DNA from: Aquifex aeolicus VF5
GTDB lineage: Bacteria; Aquificota; Aquificia; Aquificales; Aquificaceae
Length of the DNA: 32,000 nucleotides
Direction of reading: 5' to 3'
NCBI RefSeq assembly: GCF_000008625.1
Contig: NC_000918.1
Span: 1,140,001 to 1,172,000 of the forward strand
The notes beneath the pieces were generated by a model. It searched no databases and was not told the DNA's origin. It saw nothing but the letters and a program-made list of their open reading frames with translations. The position numbers and the translations under genes are program-made. Position 1 is the stretch's first letter; each line of letters begins with the position of its first letter. Below, one piece after another: positions 1 to 7,882 of this stretch.

Positions 1-6
1 CGAAGA

Positions 7-756
7 GTGAAAGTAATATTCCTAGGAACAGCGGGCGGAAGAGTTGTAACCTTCAACTTAATAAGGCGTTCTGGAGGTTTCCTTTTAGAGGAAAACAGCA
101 GTTACCTTCACGTTGACCCCGGTCCCGGAGCTTTCGTTTACCTTCATCAGCTCGGTATAGATTACAAAAAAATAGATTTAATAGTCCTCTCCCACCTCCA
201 CTTGGACCACTCAGCCGATGTGAATACGCTTATAGAGGCTGCCACAAACGGCGGTAAGTACAGAAACCTCTCTCTCTTTGCTCCCAAAAGTGCCCTTGAA
301 GGAGCAGACCGAGTAGTTTTTCCCTACAACAGGCGAAGACTTGTCAAAGAAGAAACTTTCAGCGAAGGCTCGGAGCACCATTACAAAAACTGGAAAGTTA
401 AGGCGGTAATAAAACACAAACACCACAGGACGGAAACTTACGGACTTTTTCTTCAAAACAAAGTGGTTTACGTTTCCTGCGCGGGATTCGAAGAAAGGAT
501 GCTCACGCTTTACCCCAAAAACGCGGACTTGATGATAATAAATACAACCTTTTACAGGAAAAGACCCAACGTTGAACACCTTTCGGCGGAAGATGCAAAG
601 GTTTTAATCTCTCACCTGAAACCTAAAAAAGCCGTAATAACACACTACTCCATGGAGATGCTACAGATAGGCCCCGATAAAGTTGCTGAGGAGATAACAA
701 AAGAAACGGGAATTGAAACGATAGCGGCGAAAGACAACATGATTCTTGAGATATAA
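7..756 (+). CDS. MBL-fold (metallo-beta-lactamase superfamily) metal-dependent hydrolase
   Basis: The HLHLDHSAD motif (HxHxDH) follows an N-terminal beta-strand MKVIFLGTAGG typical of MBL/RNase Z-like folds. GTG start at 7. The frame is open to the window edge, but the N-terminus matches family starts. Confidence 0.75.
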   Translation: MKVIFLGTAGGRVVTFNLIRRSGGFLLEENSSYLHVDPGPGAFVYLHQLGIDYKKIDLIVLSHLHLDHSADVNTLIEAATNGGKYRNLSLFAPKSALEGADRVVFPYNRRRLVKEETFSEGSEHHYKNWKVKAVIKHKHHRTETYGLFLQNKVVYVSCAGFEERMLTLYPKNADLMIINTTFYRKRPNVEHLSAEDAKVLISHLKPKKAVITHYSMEMLQIGPDKVAEEITKETGIETIAAKDNMILEI

Positions 757-764
757 TTCAGTAA

Positions 765-1145
<381 letters not shown>

Positions 1146-1157
1146 ATTAAAAATTTC

Positions 1158-2027
1158 ATGAAAACCCTCTACATTTTGGACGGCTCTTCATTCGTTTACA
1201 GAAGTTTCTTCGCACTCCCTCCCCTCAGTACAAGTAAAGGTTTTCCCACGAACGCTATATACGGTTTCTTGAGGATGTTATTTTCCCTTATTAAGAAAGA
1301 AAGACCTCAGTACTTGGTCGTGGTCTTTGATGCTCCCGCAAAGACAAAAAGGGAAAAAATATACGCAGACTATAAAAAACAAAGACCGAAAGCCCCGGAT
1401 CCACTAAAGGTTCAAATTCCCGTAATAAAGGAAATACTAAAACTCGCCGGTATACCCCTTTTAGAACTTCCCGGATACGAAGCAGACGACGTTATAGCTT
1501 ACTTGGCAGAAAAATTTTCCCAAAAAGGTTTTAAAGTAAAGATTTACTCCCCGGACAAAGACCTTTTACAGCTCGTGTCCGAAAACGTTCTGGTCATAAA
1601 CCCTATGAACGATGAAGTGTTCACAAAAGAAAGAGTAATAAAGAAGTTCGGAGTAGAACCCCAAAAAATACCAGACTACCTCGCACTCGTAGGAGATAAA
1701 GTGGACAACGTCCCCGGAATAGAAGGCGTAGGACCAAAAACGGCTATAAACATACTTAAAAAGTACGGCAGTGTGGAAAATATCTTAAAAAACTGGGAAA
1801 AGTTTCAAAGAGAGTTTCCAAGGGCAAAAAAAGAAGACTTAGAACTCTCCTACAAGCTCGTAAAACTCTACACGGATTTAGATATTGAACTCTCCGAAGA
1901 AGATTTAAAGATAAAACGACCTGATCTGAATAAACTAAAACAAAAACTTCAAGAACTTGAGATGAAGAGCCTTTTAAAAGAAGTGGATAAGATTTTCAGA
2001 CAGGCTTCTCAGAGATCGTTGTTTTGA
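1158..2027 (+). CDS. stand-alone 5'-3' exonuclease / flap endonuclease (Pol I N-terminal domain type)
   Basis: N-terminus LYILDGSSFVYRSFFALPPL, the GYEADDVIA acidic cluster, and the H3TH segment LVGDKVDNVPGIEGVGPKTA are hallmark Pol I 5'-nuclease motifs. At 289 aa it has no polymerase domain. Confidence 0.87.
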   Translation: MKTLYILDGSSFVYRSFFALPPLSTSKGFPTNAIYGFLRMLFSLIKKERPQYLVVVFDAPAKTKREKIYADYKKQRPKAPDPLKVQIPVIKEILKLAGIPLLELPGYEADDVIAYLAEKFSQKGFKVKIYSPDKDLLQLVSENVLVINPMNDEVFTKERVIKKFGVEPQKIPDYLALVGDKVDNVPGIEGVGPKTAINILKKYGSVENILKNWEKFQREFPRAKKEDLELSYKLVKLYTDLDIELSEEDLKIKRPDLNKLKQKLQELEMKSLLKEVDKIFRQASQRSLF

Positions 2028-2857
2028 TATATCTCCCTCAGAACACTCAAATTCACCGGATCCATGTTATTCTCTTTGGGAGTTTCTATGTAGTAGGGAA
2101 GTGTTGAAAAGTACTCATCCTTCAGAAGATTTTTAAACCCTTCAAGACCTATATACCCCTTTCCTATGTGCTCGTGACGATCCTTTCTGCCCCCTAAGGG
2201 AACTTTACTGTCGTTAGCATGAACTGCCTTTACACTCTCGAGTCCTACCATTTTTTCAATTTCCCTTTTAAAGTTCTCAAATCCCTCTTTAGTGTTTATC
2301 TCGTACCCGTAGGCAAAGGCGTGGCAGGTGTCCAGACAAACGCCAAGTTTAATTCCCCTGAAAACGTTCATGATTTCCTTCAACTCTTTAAAGTTCTTTC
2401 CGAGATCTCCCCTTTCTCCTGCGGTGTTTTCCAGTAAAACGGTTGTAAACTTCGGCGTGTATTCCGAAAAAACTTCTTCCAAAGATTTTATTACGTTTCT
2501 TAAACCTTCTTCGTCGCTTATTCCCTTGGCCGTTCCAGGGTGAAAGTTGTAAAAGTGTATCCCGACCTCGTCGCAAAACTTTAACTCTTCAAGGAAAACC
2601 TTTACGGATTTTTCCCTCAGTTCTTCGTTCGGAGAGGCGAGGTTGAGAAGATAAGGAGCGTGAACCATTACGGGGTTTTTAAAGTCCTTAAGCTTTTCTA
2701 TAAAAGCCTGTTTGGTTTCTTTATCTACACCCTTCCAGTACCAGGCCCTTGGACTCCTTAAGAAAAATTGAAAGACTTCCGCTCCGATATCCTTTGCCCT
2801 TTTAAAAGTTTTTAAGATGGAACCGGCAGAGGAAACGTGGGCACCGAAGAGAGCCAT
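2009..2857 (-). CDS. nfo: endonuclease IV (AP endonuclease, TIM-barrel)
   Basis: Start MALFGAHVS, plus HAPYLLNLASP, LENTAG, CLDTCHAFAYGY and DRHEHIG match the Nfo metal-binding motifs. Confidence 0.9.
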   Translation of the reverse strand: MALFGAHVSSAGSILKTFKRAKDIGAEVFQFFLRSPRAWYWKGVDKETKQAFIEKLKDFKNPVMVHAPYLLNLASPNEELREKSVKVFLEELKFCDEVGIHFYNFHPGTAKGISDEEGLRNVIKSLEEVFSEYTPKFTTVLLENTAGERGDLGKNFKELKEIMNVFRGIKLGVCLDTCHAFAYGYEINTKEGFENFKREIEKMVGLESVKAVHANDSKVPLGGRKDRHEHIGKGYIGLEGFKNLLKDEYFSTLPYYIETPKENNMDPVNLSVLREIYQNNDL

Positions 2858-3834
2858 TAAGCGTAAACCTTTTCCAGTTTCAGTTCTTCTTTTATTGCTT
2901 CAAGGAGTTTCTTTAAAGCTTCCTCGTAAGAATTCGTCTTTATCTTTGCTCCTGAGGCGTACTTGTGACCTCCACCGCCCAGCCTTTCCGCTATCTTCCC
3001 AACGTTTACGTTGCCTTTCGCCCTTAGAGACACCTTCCACACGCCTTCTTCCGGCTTTTCTATTAGTGCGTAAGCCACCTTCACACCTTCAATGGAACGG
3101 GGGTAATTAACTAGTCCTTCCGTGTCCTCGTAAGTGGTTCCCGTCTCGTCTAAGAATTTCTTGAACACAGTTATACCCGCAACTTTTCCGTCTTCGTGGA
3201 GTTGAAGGGTTTCCAGAACTTTAGCTATTAGCTTCATCTTGTTTACCTTTTCCCTTTCCATTACCATTGTGTACACGTAGTATGGATCCGCCCCGTAAGA
3301 CACGAGTTCCTTTGCAAGTTCAAAAGTCTTTTCATTTGTATTTGAGTATCTGAAGAATCCCGTATCCGTGGCAAGTCCCGTGTATATACACGTTGCTATG
3401 TCTTTATCTATAGCGGTCTCGTCCCAGTTCTTTATTATCTCATACACTAGTGCTGCAGTTGCGGGAGCGGTCGGGTCTATGTAGTCGTGCATCCCGTAGA
3501 ACTCACCGCCCACGTGATGATCTATCCTTATCCTCTTGCCCACTTTCACTTCTTTTCCGACTCTGTAAAAACCAGAAGCATCAACTACTATACCAACGTC
3601 GTAAAACTTACCGTCGGGATTTATCACATCCTCAACACCGGGTAAAAAGTCCAGAAAGTGAGGAACTCCGTCTTTAGAACCTATGTAAACTTCCTTTCCT
3701 TTCTTCTTTAAAAACTTGTAAAGTGCCAAACCGCTTCCAAGGGAATCCCCGTCCGGATTTTCGTGCGTGAGGATCAGTATGGAACCTTTTACGTTCTTCA
3801 AGAAGTCCACAATGGGAATGTTTTCCTTCGTCAT
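2857..3834 (-). CDS. DHH/DHHA1 family phosphoesterase (NrnA / RecJ-like nanoRNase type)
   Basis: HENPDGDSLGS (DxD), IDHHVGG (DHH) and GGGGHKYASGA (DHHA1 GGGH) are present. The stop overlaps the nfo start by 1 nt (TAATG). GGAGGG Shine-Dalgarno 9 nt upstream of the ATG. Confidence 0.82.
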   Translation of the reverse strand: MTKENIPIVDFLKNVKGSILILTHENPDGDSLGSGLALYKFLKKKGKEVYIGSKDGVPHFLDFLPGVEDVINPDGKFYDVGIVVDASGFYRVGKEVKVGKRIRIDHHVGGEFYGMHDYIDPTAPATAALVYEIIKNWDETAIDKDIATCIYTGLATDTGFFRYSNTNEKTFELAKELVSYGADPYYVYTMVMEREKVNKMKLIAKVLETLQLHEDGKVAGITVFKKFLDETGTTYEDTEGLVNYPRSIEGVKVAYALIEKPEEGVWKVSLRAKGNVNVGKIAERLGGGGHKYASGAKIKTNSYEEALKKLLEAIKEELKLEKVYA

Positions 3835-3905
3835 TTCTTCAACCCTCCAAGCTTTTTAATCTACTGAAAATTTTTATCAAATAATATGATTTTTTACAAA
3901 TAAAC

Positions 3906-4397
3906 TCAGGATTCCCTTTCAAGGATTCTCTCCCCCATCTTCAGGGAAATCTCAAGGGATTGAGCAAGTTCCTCTAAACTCCTTATTATCTCTCTGGAGG
4001 AAGAAAGTTCCAGTTTCTCTATGGCGTTTTCAATTTCCGCCATAACGTCTTCAAGTTTTTCGAGTATGGGTTTCCTCTCCACCTTCATACTCTCAAGGAA
4101 AAAGGGGGCGTACTTCTCTATTGCAGGAAGAAGGAGAGAAATCAGGGATAAACTCTCGGAAGAAAGGATTAAAGCCTCTTCTTTTATGTCCCTTTCCTGA
4201 ACCTCCTCCAGCTCCCCGAGTATAAGGGAAACGAGTTTCAGGTCCGCACTTATTCTTCTGAGTGTTTCGCTAACAGTCCCGATAACTTCGGGGGAGTACT
4301 TGGGGGGACTTACCAGGTAAGTGGTTGCCATCTTCTGTTGAAAGGCTATTTCTTCTTCCAGTTTGGACAAAAGGATGTGTATGGGATAAAACTCCAT
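3906..4397 (-). CDS. hypothetical acidic, probably coiled-coil protein (163 aa)
   Basis: Intact ORF 52 nt downstream of the aminomutase gene on the same strand. Glu/Leu-rich heptad-like sequence with no recognisable catalytic motif. Confidence 0.45.
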   Translation of the reverse strand: MEFYPIHILLSKLEEEIAFQQKMATTYLVSPPKYSPEVIGTVSETLRRISADLKLVSLILGELEEVQERDIKEEALILSSESLSLISLLLPAIEKYAPFFLESMKVERKPILEKLEDVMAEIENAIEKLELSSSREIIRSLEELAQSLEISLKMGERILERES

Positions 4398-4449
4398 AAT
4401 GAATTTAAATTATACCTTTCAAAAGAAGGGAAAAGAAAAAGGGAAAATT

Positions 4450-5574
4450 TCAGGAAACGCCGGAGAGTGAGGATTTGTATTCTGCGACGAGCTCGGTATA
4501 ATCGTCAAACCAGTGAGCTTCTGGATTTCTCTTGAATACCATGAATTTACCCCTGTTTTCAGGGTCCGCAGCCCTGTGATACCTGAAGAATATATGCTCA
4601 TCGGTCTTTCCGAGGATTTCTATCTTTCCAGTTTCGTGGGACATGACGTACCTTACCCTTGCAGCAAGTCCTGACACCTCTGCCCTTACAGCTTCAACCA
4701 AGTCTATTGTTTCCTCTATCGGAGTTGAATAAGCTTTATTACCCGCGGTAGGTCTGCACTGGAACACGTAGTAAGGGGGTACTCCTATGAAGGAGAGTTC
4801 TTCAAGGAGCGTCTTTAGAGTTTCAAAGTCGTCGTTAATTCCCTTGAGTATAGGAGTCTGATTAGTAAGGGTGGTTCCCGTCTTTTGAACGAGTTCTACA
4901 GCCTTTCTTGCCTCTTTAGTTAACTCCCTTGGGTGGTTGAAGTGGTTCATGAGGTAAAGCTTTTTACCAGTTTCCGTGTTGAACCATTCAAAGAGTTCAA
5001 GGAGTTTGGGGTCGTCGAGAACTCTGAAGGGATTTACCGCGAGCATCTTAGAACCTATTCTTACTATCCTTACGTGGGGTATTTCAGCAAGAGCCTTTAA
5101 TATCTTCTCAAGTTTAAAGGTGGCAAGGATTAGCGGGTCTCCTCCGGTAAGGAGGACGTTGTTTATCTCAGGATGGTTCCTTATGTATTCAAGTCCTTCG
5201 GATACATCCCTTGCAACCTCGTCATTGTCGTTCATAAAGAGCCTCTTTCTGAAACAGAACCTGCAGTATATACCGCAAACGTCTGTCACGAGGAGCAGAG
5301 CCGTGTCGGGGTACTTGTGCTCAAGCCCGTGTACTTTCATGTACTTGCTCTCGTTTGAAGCGTCAAGCTTTCCCCACACTTCAAGCTCTTCCGTAGTGGG
5401 GATTACGATCCTCCTTATCGGGTCGTTCGGGTTGTCCCAGTTTATGAGGGAGTTGTAATAGGTGTTCGTCCTGAAGGCAAACTTTTCCGTAACCTTTTCA
5501 AGTTCCCTCCTCTCCTCCTCCGGAATTTCCTCTATGAATTTGAGGTCAATAATGTATTTAAGCTTCTTTCCCAT
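4450..5574 (-). CDS. kamA: KamA-family radical SAM aminomutase (lysine 2,3-aminomutase-like)
   Basis: CGIYCRFCFRK is a CxxxCxxC radical-SAM motif in KamA context. LTGGDPL and family-like flanks are present. Strong AAGGAGGTGA Shine-Dalgarno about 5 nt upstream of the ATG at 5574. Confidence 0.85.
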   Translation of the reverse strand: MGKKLKYIIDLKFIEEIPEEERRELEKVTEKFAFRTNTYYNSLINWDNPNDPIRRIVIPTTEELEVWGKLDASNESKYMKVHGLEHKYPDTALLLVTDVCGIYCRFCFRKRLFMNDNDEVARDVSEGLEYIRNHPEINNVLLTGGDPLILATFKLEKILKALAEIPHVRIVRIGSKMLAVNPFRVLDDPKLLELFEWFNTETGKKLYLMNHFNHPRELTKEARKAVELVQKTGTTLTNQTPILKGINDDFETLKTLLEELSFIGVPPYYVFQCRPTAGNKAYSTPIEETIDLVEAVRAEVSGLAARVRYVMSHETGKIEILGKTDEHIFFRYHRAADPENRGKFMVFKRNPEAHWFDDYTELVAEYKSSLSGVS

Positions 5575-5674
5575 ACTTCACCTCCTTTTAGGGATTTTTT
5601 TAAAAGAAAGTGTTAAGAATTTTTTAAGAAACCGATTAATATAAGACGTGCTGTCTAAAAATATACACGCTGAA

Positions 5675-5703
5675 GTTGAAAATTTCAACCTGCCCCTTAT
5701 AAT
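5675..5703 (+). promoter_or_regulatory. putative gpsA promoter (TTGAAA, 16-nt spacer, TATAAT) with the -35 embedded in a 7-1-7 palindrome GTTGAAAATTTCAAC
   Basis: TTGAAA at 5676-5681 and TATAAT at 5698-5703. The ATG at 5713 lies only 9 nt after the -10 and has no Shine-Dalgarno, implying a near-leaderless transcript. The palindrome spans 5675-5689. Confidence 0.45.
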
Positions 5704-5741
5704 TTAGAATTCATGAGATTTTTTATACTGGGTGCGGGAAG

Positions 5742-6683
5742 GTGGGGAACACCCTCGCCACGCACCTTGACAGGAAAGGACACGAAGTTCTGCTCTACGA
5801 CATAAACGAAGAAGTGGTAAAGAAGATTAACGAAGGAATACATCCCTACGTTGAAGGAATTAGGTTTAAAAATGTAAAAGCCACTACGGATTTAAATCAA
5901 ATAAATGAGTTTAAAAATCTAATTTGTGCACTTCCAGTTCAGGTAATTCCAAAAGTAATCACGAAAGTAAACCTGAAGGGAAAGAACTTTATTTCTGCTT
6001 CAAAAGGAATAATCCATGAAAATTTAAAGAGAATTTCACAGCTCGTTAAAGAAATCGAACCTAAACTTAAATTTTTTGTTCTTTCTGGACCTTCCTTTGC
6101 GGAAGAGGTTTCAAAGGGACTTCCCACGGCCATAGTGCTGGCTTACGAGGACAAAGAAGAGGCAATGAAACTCCAGGACGCACTTGATTCTGAAAACTTC
6201 AACGTTTACTTGAACGACGATATAACAGGAGTTGAACTGGGAGGTGCTTTAAAAAACGTCATAGCGATTGCGGTGGGACTTTCGGACGGAATGGGCTACG
6301 GCTACAACGCAAGGAGTGCAATCATAACCAGAGGTTTGCACGAAATGGCAAATGTAGGTGAGAAGTTCGGGGCAAGGAGGGAAACGTTTTTCGGACTTTC
6401 AGGAGCGGGAGACCTTATACTGACTTCAACCTCTGACCTTTCAAGAAACAGGACCTTTGGAAAACTCCTTGGACAGGGATACAGCGTTGAGGAAGCCCTA
6501 AAGAAGATAAACCAAACCGTGGAGGGTGTAAAAACCGCAGAAGCACTATACGAAATTATCAAAAGGGAAAACATTTTCGCACCAATATGCGAAGGAGTTT
6601 ACAGGATAATCAAGGGTGAGGATCCTAAGAAGGTTTATCCTCACTTTCTTTCGAATCATCTAAGGGAGGAATTTCAGAGATAA
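5742..6683 (+). CDS. gpsA: NAD(P)H-dependent glycerol-3-phosphate dehydrogenase, body of the gene
   Basis: GpsA-like sequence throughout ([24 protein letters not shown]). The GxGxxG dinucleotide-binding N-terminus [12 protein letters not shown] is encoded from the ATG at 5713 in a different frame (see findings). Confidence 0.85.
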
Positions 6684-6810
6684 CCTCTTCCTCAGAAATT
6701 AACTCTCCGTAGTAGTAGTACTCTTTGCACTTTTCACAGTACCAGATTCCCCCTCCGCAACACTCAACTATCACGAGAAGATTTCCGCATTTAGGACAAA
6801 GTTCCTTCAT
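6625..6810 (-). CDS. small zinc-ribbon protein with acidic C-terminal tail (61 aa)
   Basis: CPKC-x16-CEKC forms a four-Cys ribbon. The ATG lies 4 nt after the prs stop codon (TGAGGTTATG), suggesting translational coupling. The 3' end overlaps the convergent gpsA by 59 nt. Confidence 0.55.
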
Positions 6811-6814
6811 AACC

Positions 6815-7750
6815 TCAGGTAAAGAGGGAACTTACAGAAGTTCCCTCCTGTATCCTTCTTATGGCTTCTCCTATCAGGGGTGCGATGGAAACAACTTCCA
6901 GTTTACCGAACTTCTTTTCGTAAACGGGAAGCGTGTTCGTCACGATAACCTTTTCAATAGGGGAGTTTGTAAGCCTTTCTACCGCAGGACCGGAGAATAT
7001 ACCGTGCGTAGCGCAGGCTATAACCCTTTTAACACCTTTATTCACAAGAAGGTTTGCCGCAGCAACGAGCGTTCCGGCGGTGTCTATTATGTCGTCAACG
7101 ATTATAGCCTCTTTACCTTCTATGTCTCCTACAACGTCCATAACTTCCGCTTTGTTCGGTTCGGGTCTCCTTTTGAGTATTACTCCTATGCCACACCCTA
7201 GTTTGTTGGCAAGATCCCTCGCCCGCTTTACACCTCCGGCGTCCGGGGAAACGACTATTGGATTTTCTAAAACTACGTTCTTCCTGATGTAGTCGTAGAG
7301 CACGGGGATTGCGGTTAAATGCTCAACGGGTATGTCAAAAAAGCCCTGTATTTGCGGGGAGTGAAGGTCAACAACTATTACCCTGTTCGCCCCTGCCTTC
7401 TGGATAAGGTCTGCAACGAGCTTCGCGCTTATCGGAGTTCTGGGCTTGTCCTGCCTGTCCTGCCTCCCGTAGGCGTAATACGGAACTACCGCGGTAATTT
7501 CCTTGGGAGAGGAACGCTTTACAGCGTCGAGGGTAAGCAGGAGTTCCATTAAGTTATGGTTGACGGGGTTTGAGAGGGAAGTTATTACGTATACGTGATA
7601 GCCCCTGATACTTTCGTTTATTTGAACCCTTATCTCTCCGTCGGAGAAGGTGGTTATTAACGCGTCGGTAAGTCTCAGACCTAAGTATCCCGCTATCTCT
7701 TCGGAAAGGGTTTTATTGGAAGTTCCCGCAATTATTTTCACACCGTTCAT
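6815..7750 (-). CDS. prs: ribose-phosphate pyrophosphokinase (PRPP synthetase)
   Basis: N-terminus KIIAGTSNKTLSEEIAGYLG, YYAYGRQDRQ, and the PRPP-binding loop IIVDDIIDTAGT. Confidence 0.93.
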   Translation of the reverse strand: MNGVKIIAGTSNKTLSEEIAGYLGLRLTDALITTFSDGEIRVQINESIRGYHVYVITSLSNPVNHNLMELLLTLDAVKRSSPKEITAVVPYYAYGRQDRQDKPRTPISAKLVADLIQKAGANRVIVVDLHSPQIQGFFDIPVEHLTAIPVLYDYIRKNVVLENPIVVSPDAGGVKRARDLANKLGCGIGVILKRRPEPNKAEVMDVVGDIEGKEAIIVDDIIDTAGTLVAAANLLVNKGVKRVIACATHGIFSGPAVERLTNSPIEKVIVTNTLPVYEKKFGKLEVVSIAPLIGEAIRRIQEGTSVSSLFT

Positions 7751-7761
7751 GGAGGATTAAA

Positions 7762-7837
7762 TGGCTGGGGCGCCAGGACTCGAACCTGGAACCCCCGGAT
7801 CCAAAGTCCGGTGCTCTGCCAGTTGAGCTACGCCCCA
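7762..7837 (-). tRNA. tRNA-Gln (anticodon UUG), CCA encoded
   Basis: The reverse complement folds by hand into a 76-nt cloverleaf: UGGGGCG UA GCUC AACUGGCA GAGC A CCGGA CUUUGGA UCCGG GGGUU CCAGG UUCGAGU CCUGG CGCCCCA G CCA. The U1:A72 pair and G73 are typical of bacterial tRNA-Gln. Confidence 0.9.
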
Positions 7838-7854
7838 AGCCTTCCAGAAATAAT

Positions 7855-7882
7855 ATTATATACAATCCTCTCCTGTGTTCAA
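7855..7882 (-). promoter_or_regulatory. putative tRNA-Gln/prs promoter (TTGAAC, 16-nt spacer, TATAAT)
   Basis: On the minus strand, TTGAAC is at 7882-7877 and TATAAT at 7860-7855, 17 nt upstream of the mature tRNA 5' end. The -35 overlaps the stop codon of the upstream ligase-fusion gene. Confidence 0.4.

Noticed and set aside
4976-5458. 160-aa ORF antisense to the aminomutase gene, and similar long antisense ORFs (6725-7201, 6933-7292, 15176-15679, 15210-15587, 16333-16785, 14278-14643, 31536-31793)
   Set aside because: All lie fully inside strongly supported genes on the opposite strand. They have low-complexity Ser/Leu/Phe-rich translations and no start context. These are typical shadow ORFs of purine-rich coding strands.
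5741-5750. Programmed -1 ribosomal frameshift as the explanation for the gpsA split
   Set aside because: There is no X XXY YYZ slippery heptamer (the sequence is G GGA ACA in the zero frame), and I saw no downstream stimulatory hairpin. A sequencing error or a genuine mutation is more parsimonious.
7751-7826. Plus-strand GGAGG, 5 nt, then ATG opening a 21-codon ORF (MAGAPGLEPGTPGSKVRCSAS)
   Set aside because: It is entirely the complement of tRNA-Gln. The GGAGG is the complement of the CCUCC spacer. This is a coincidental small ORF.
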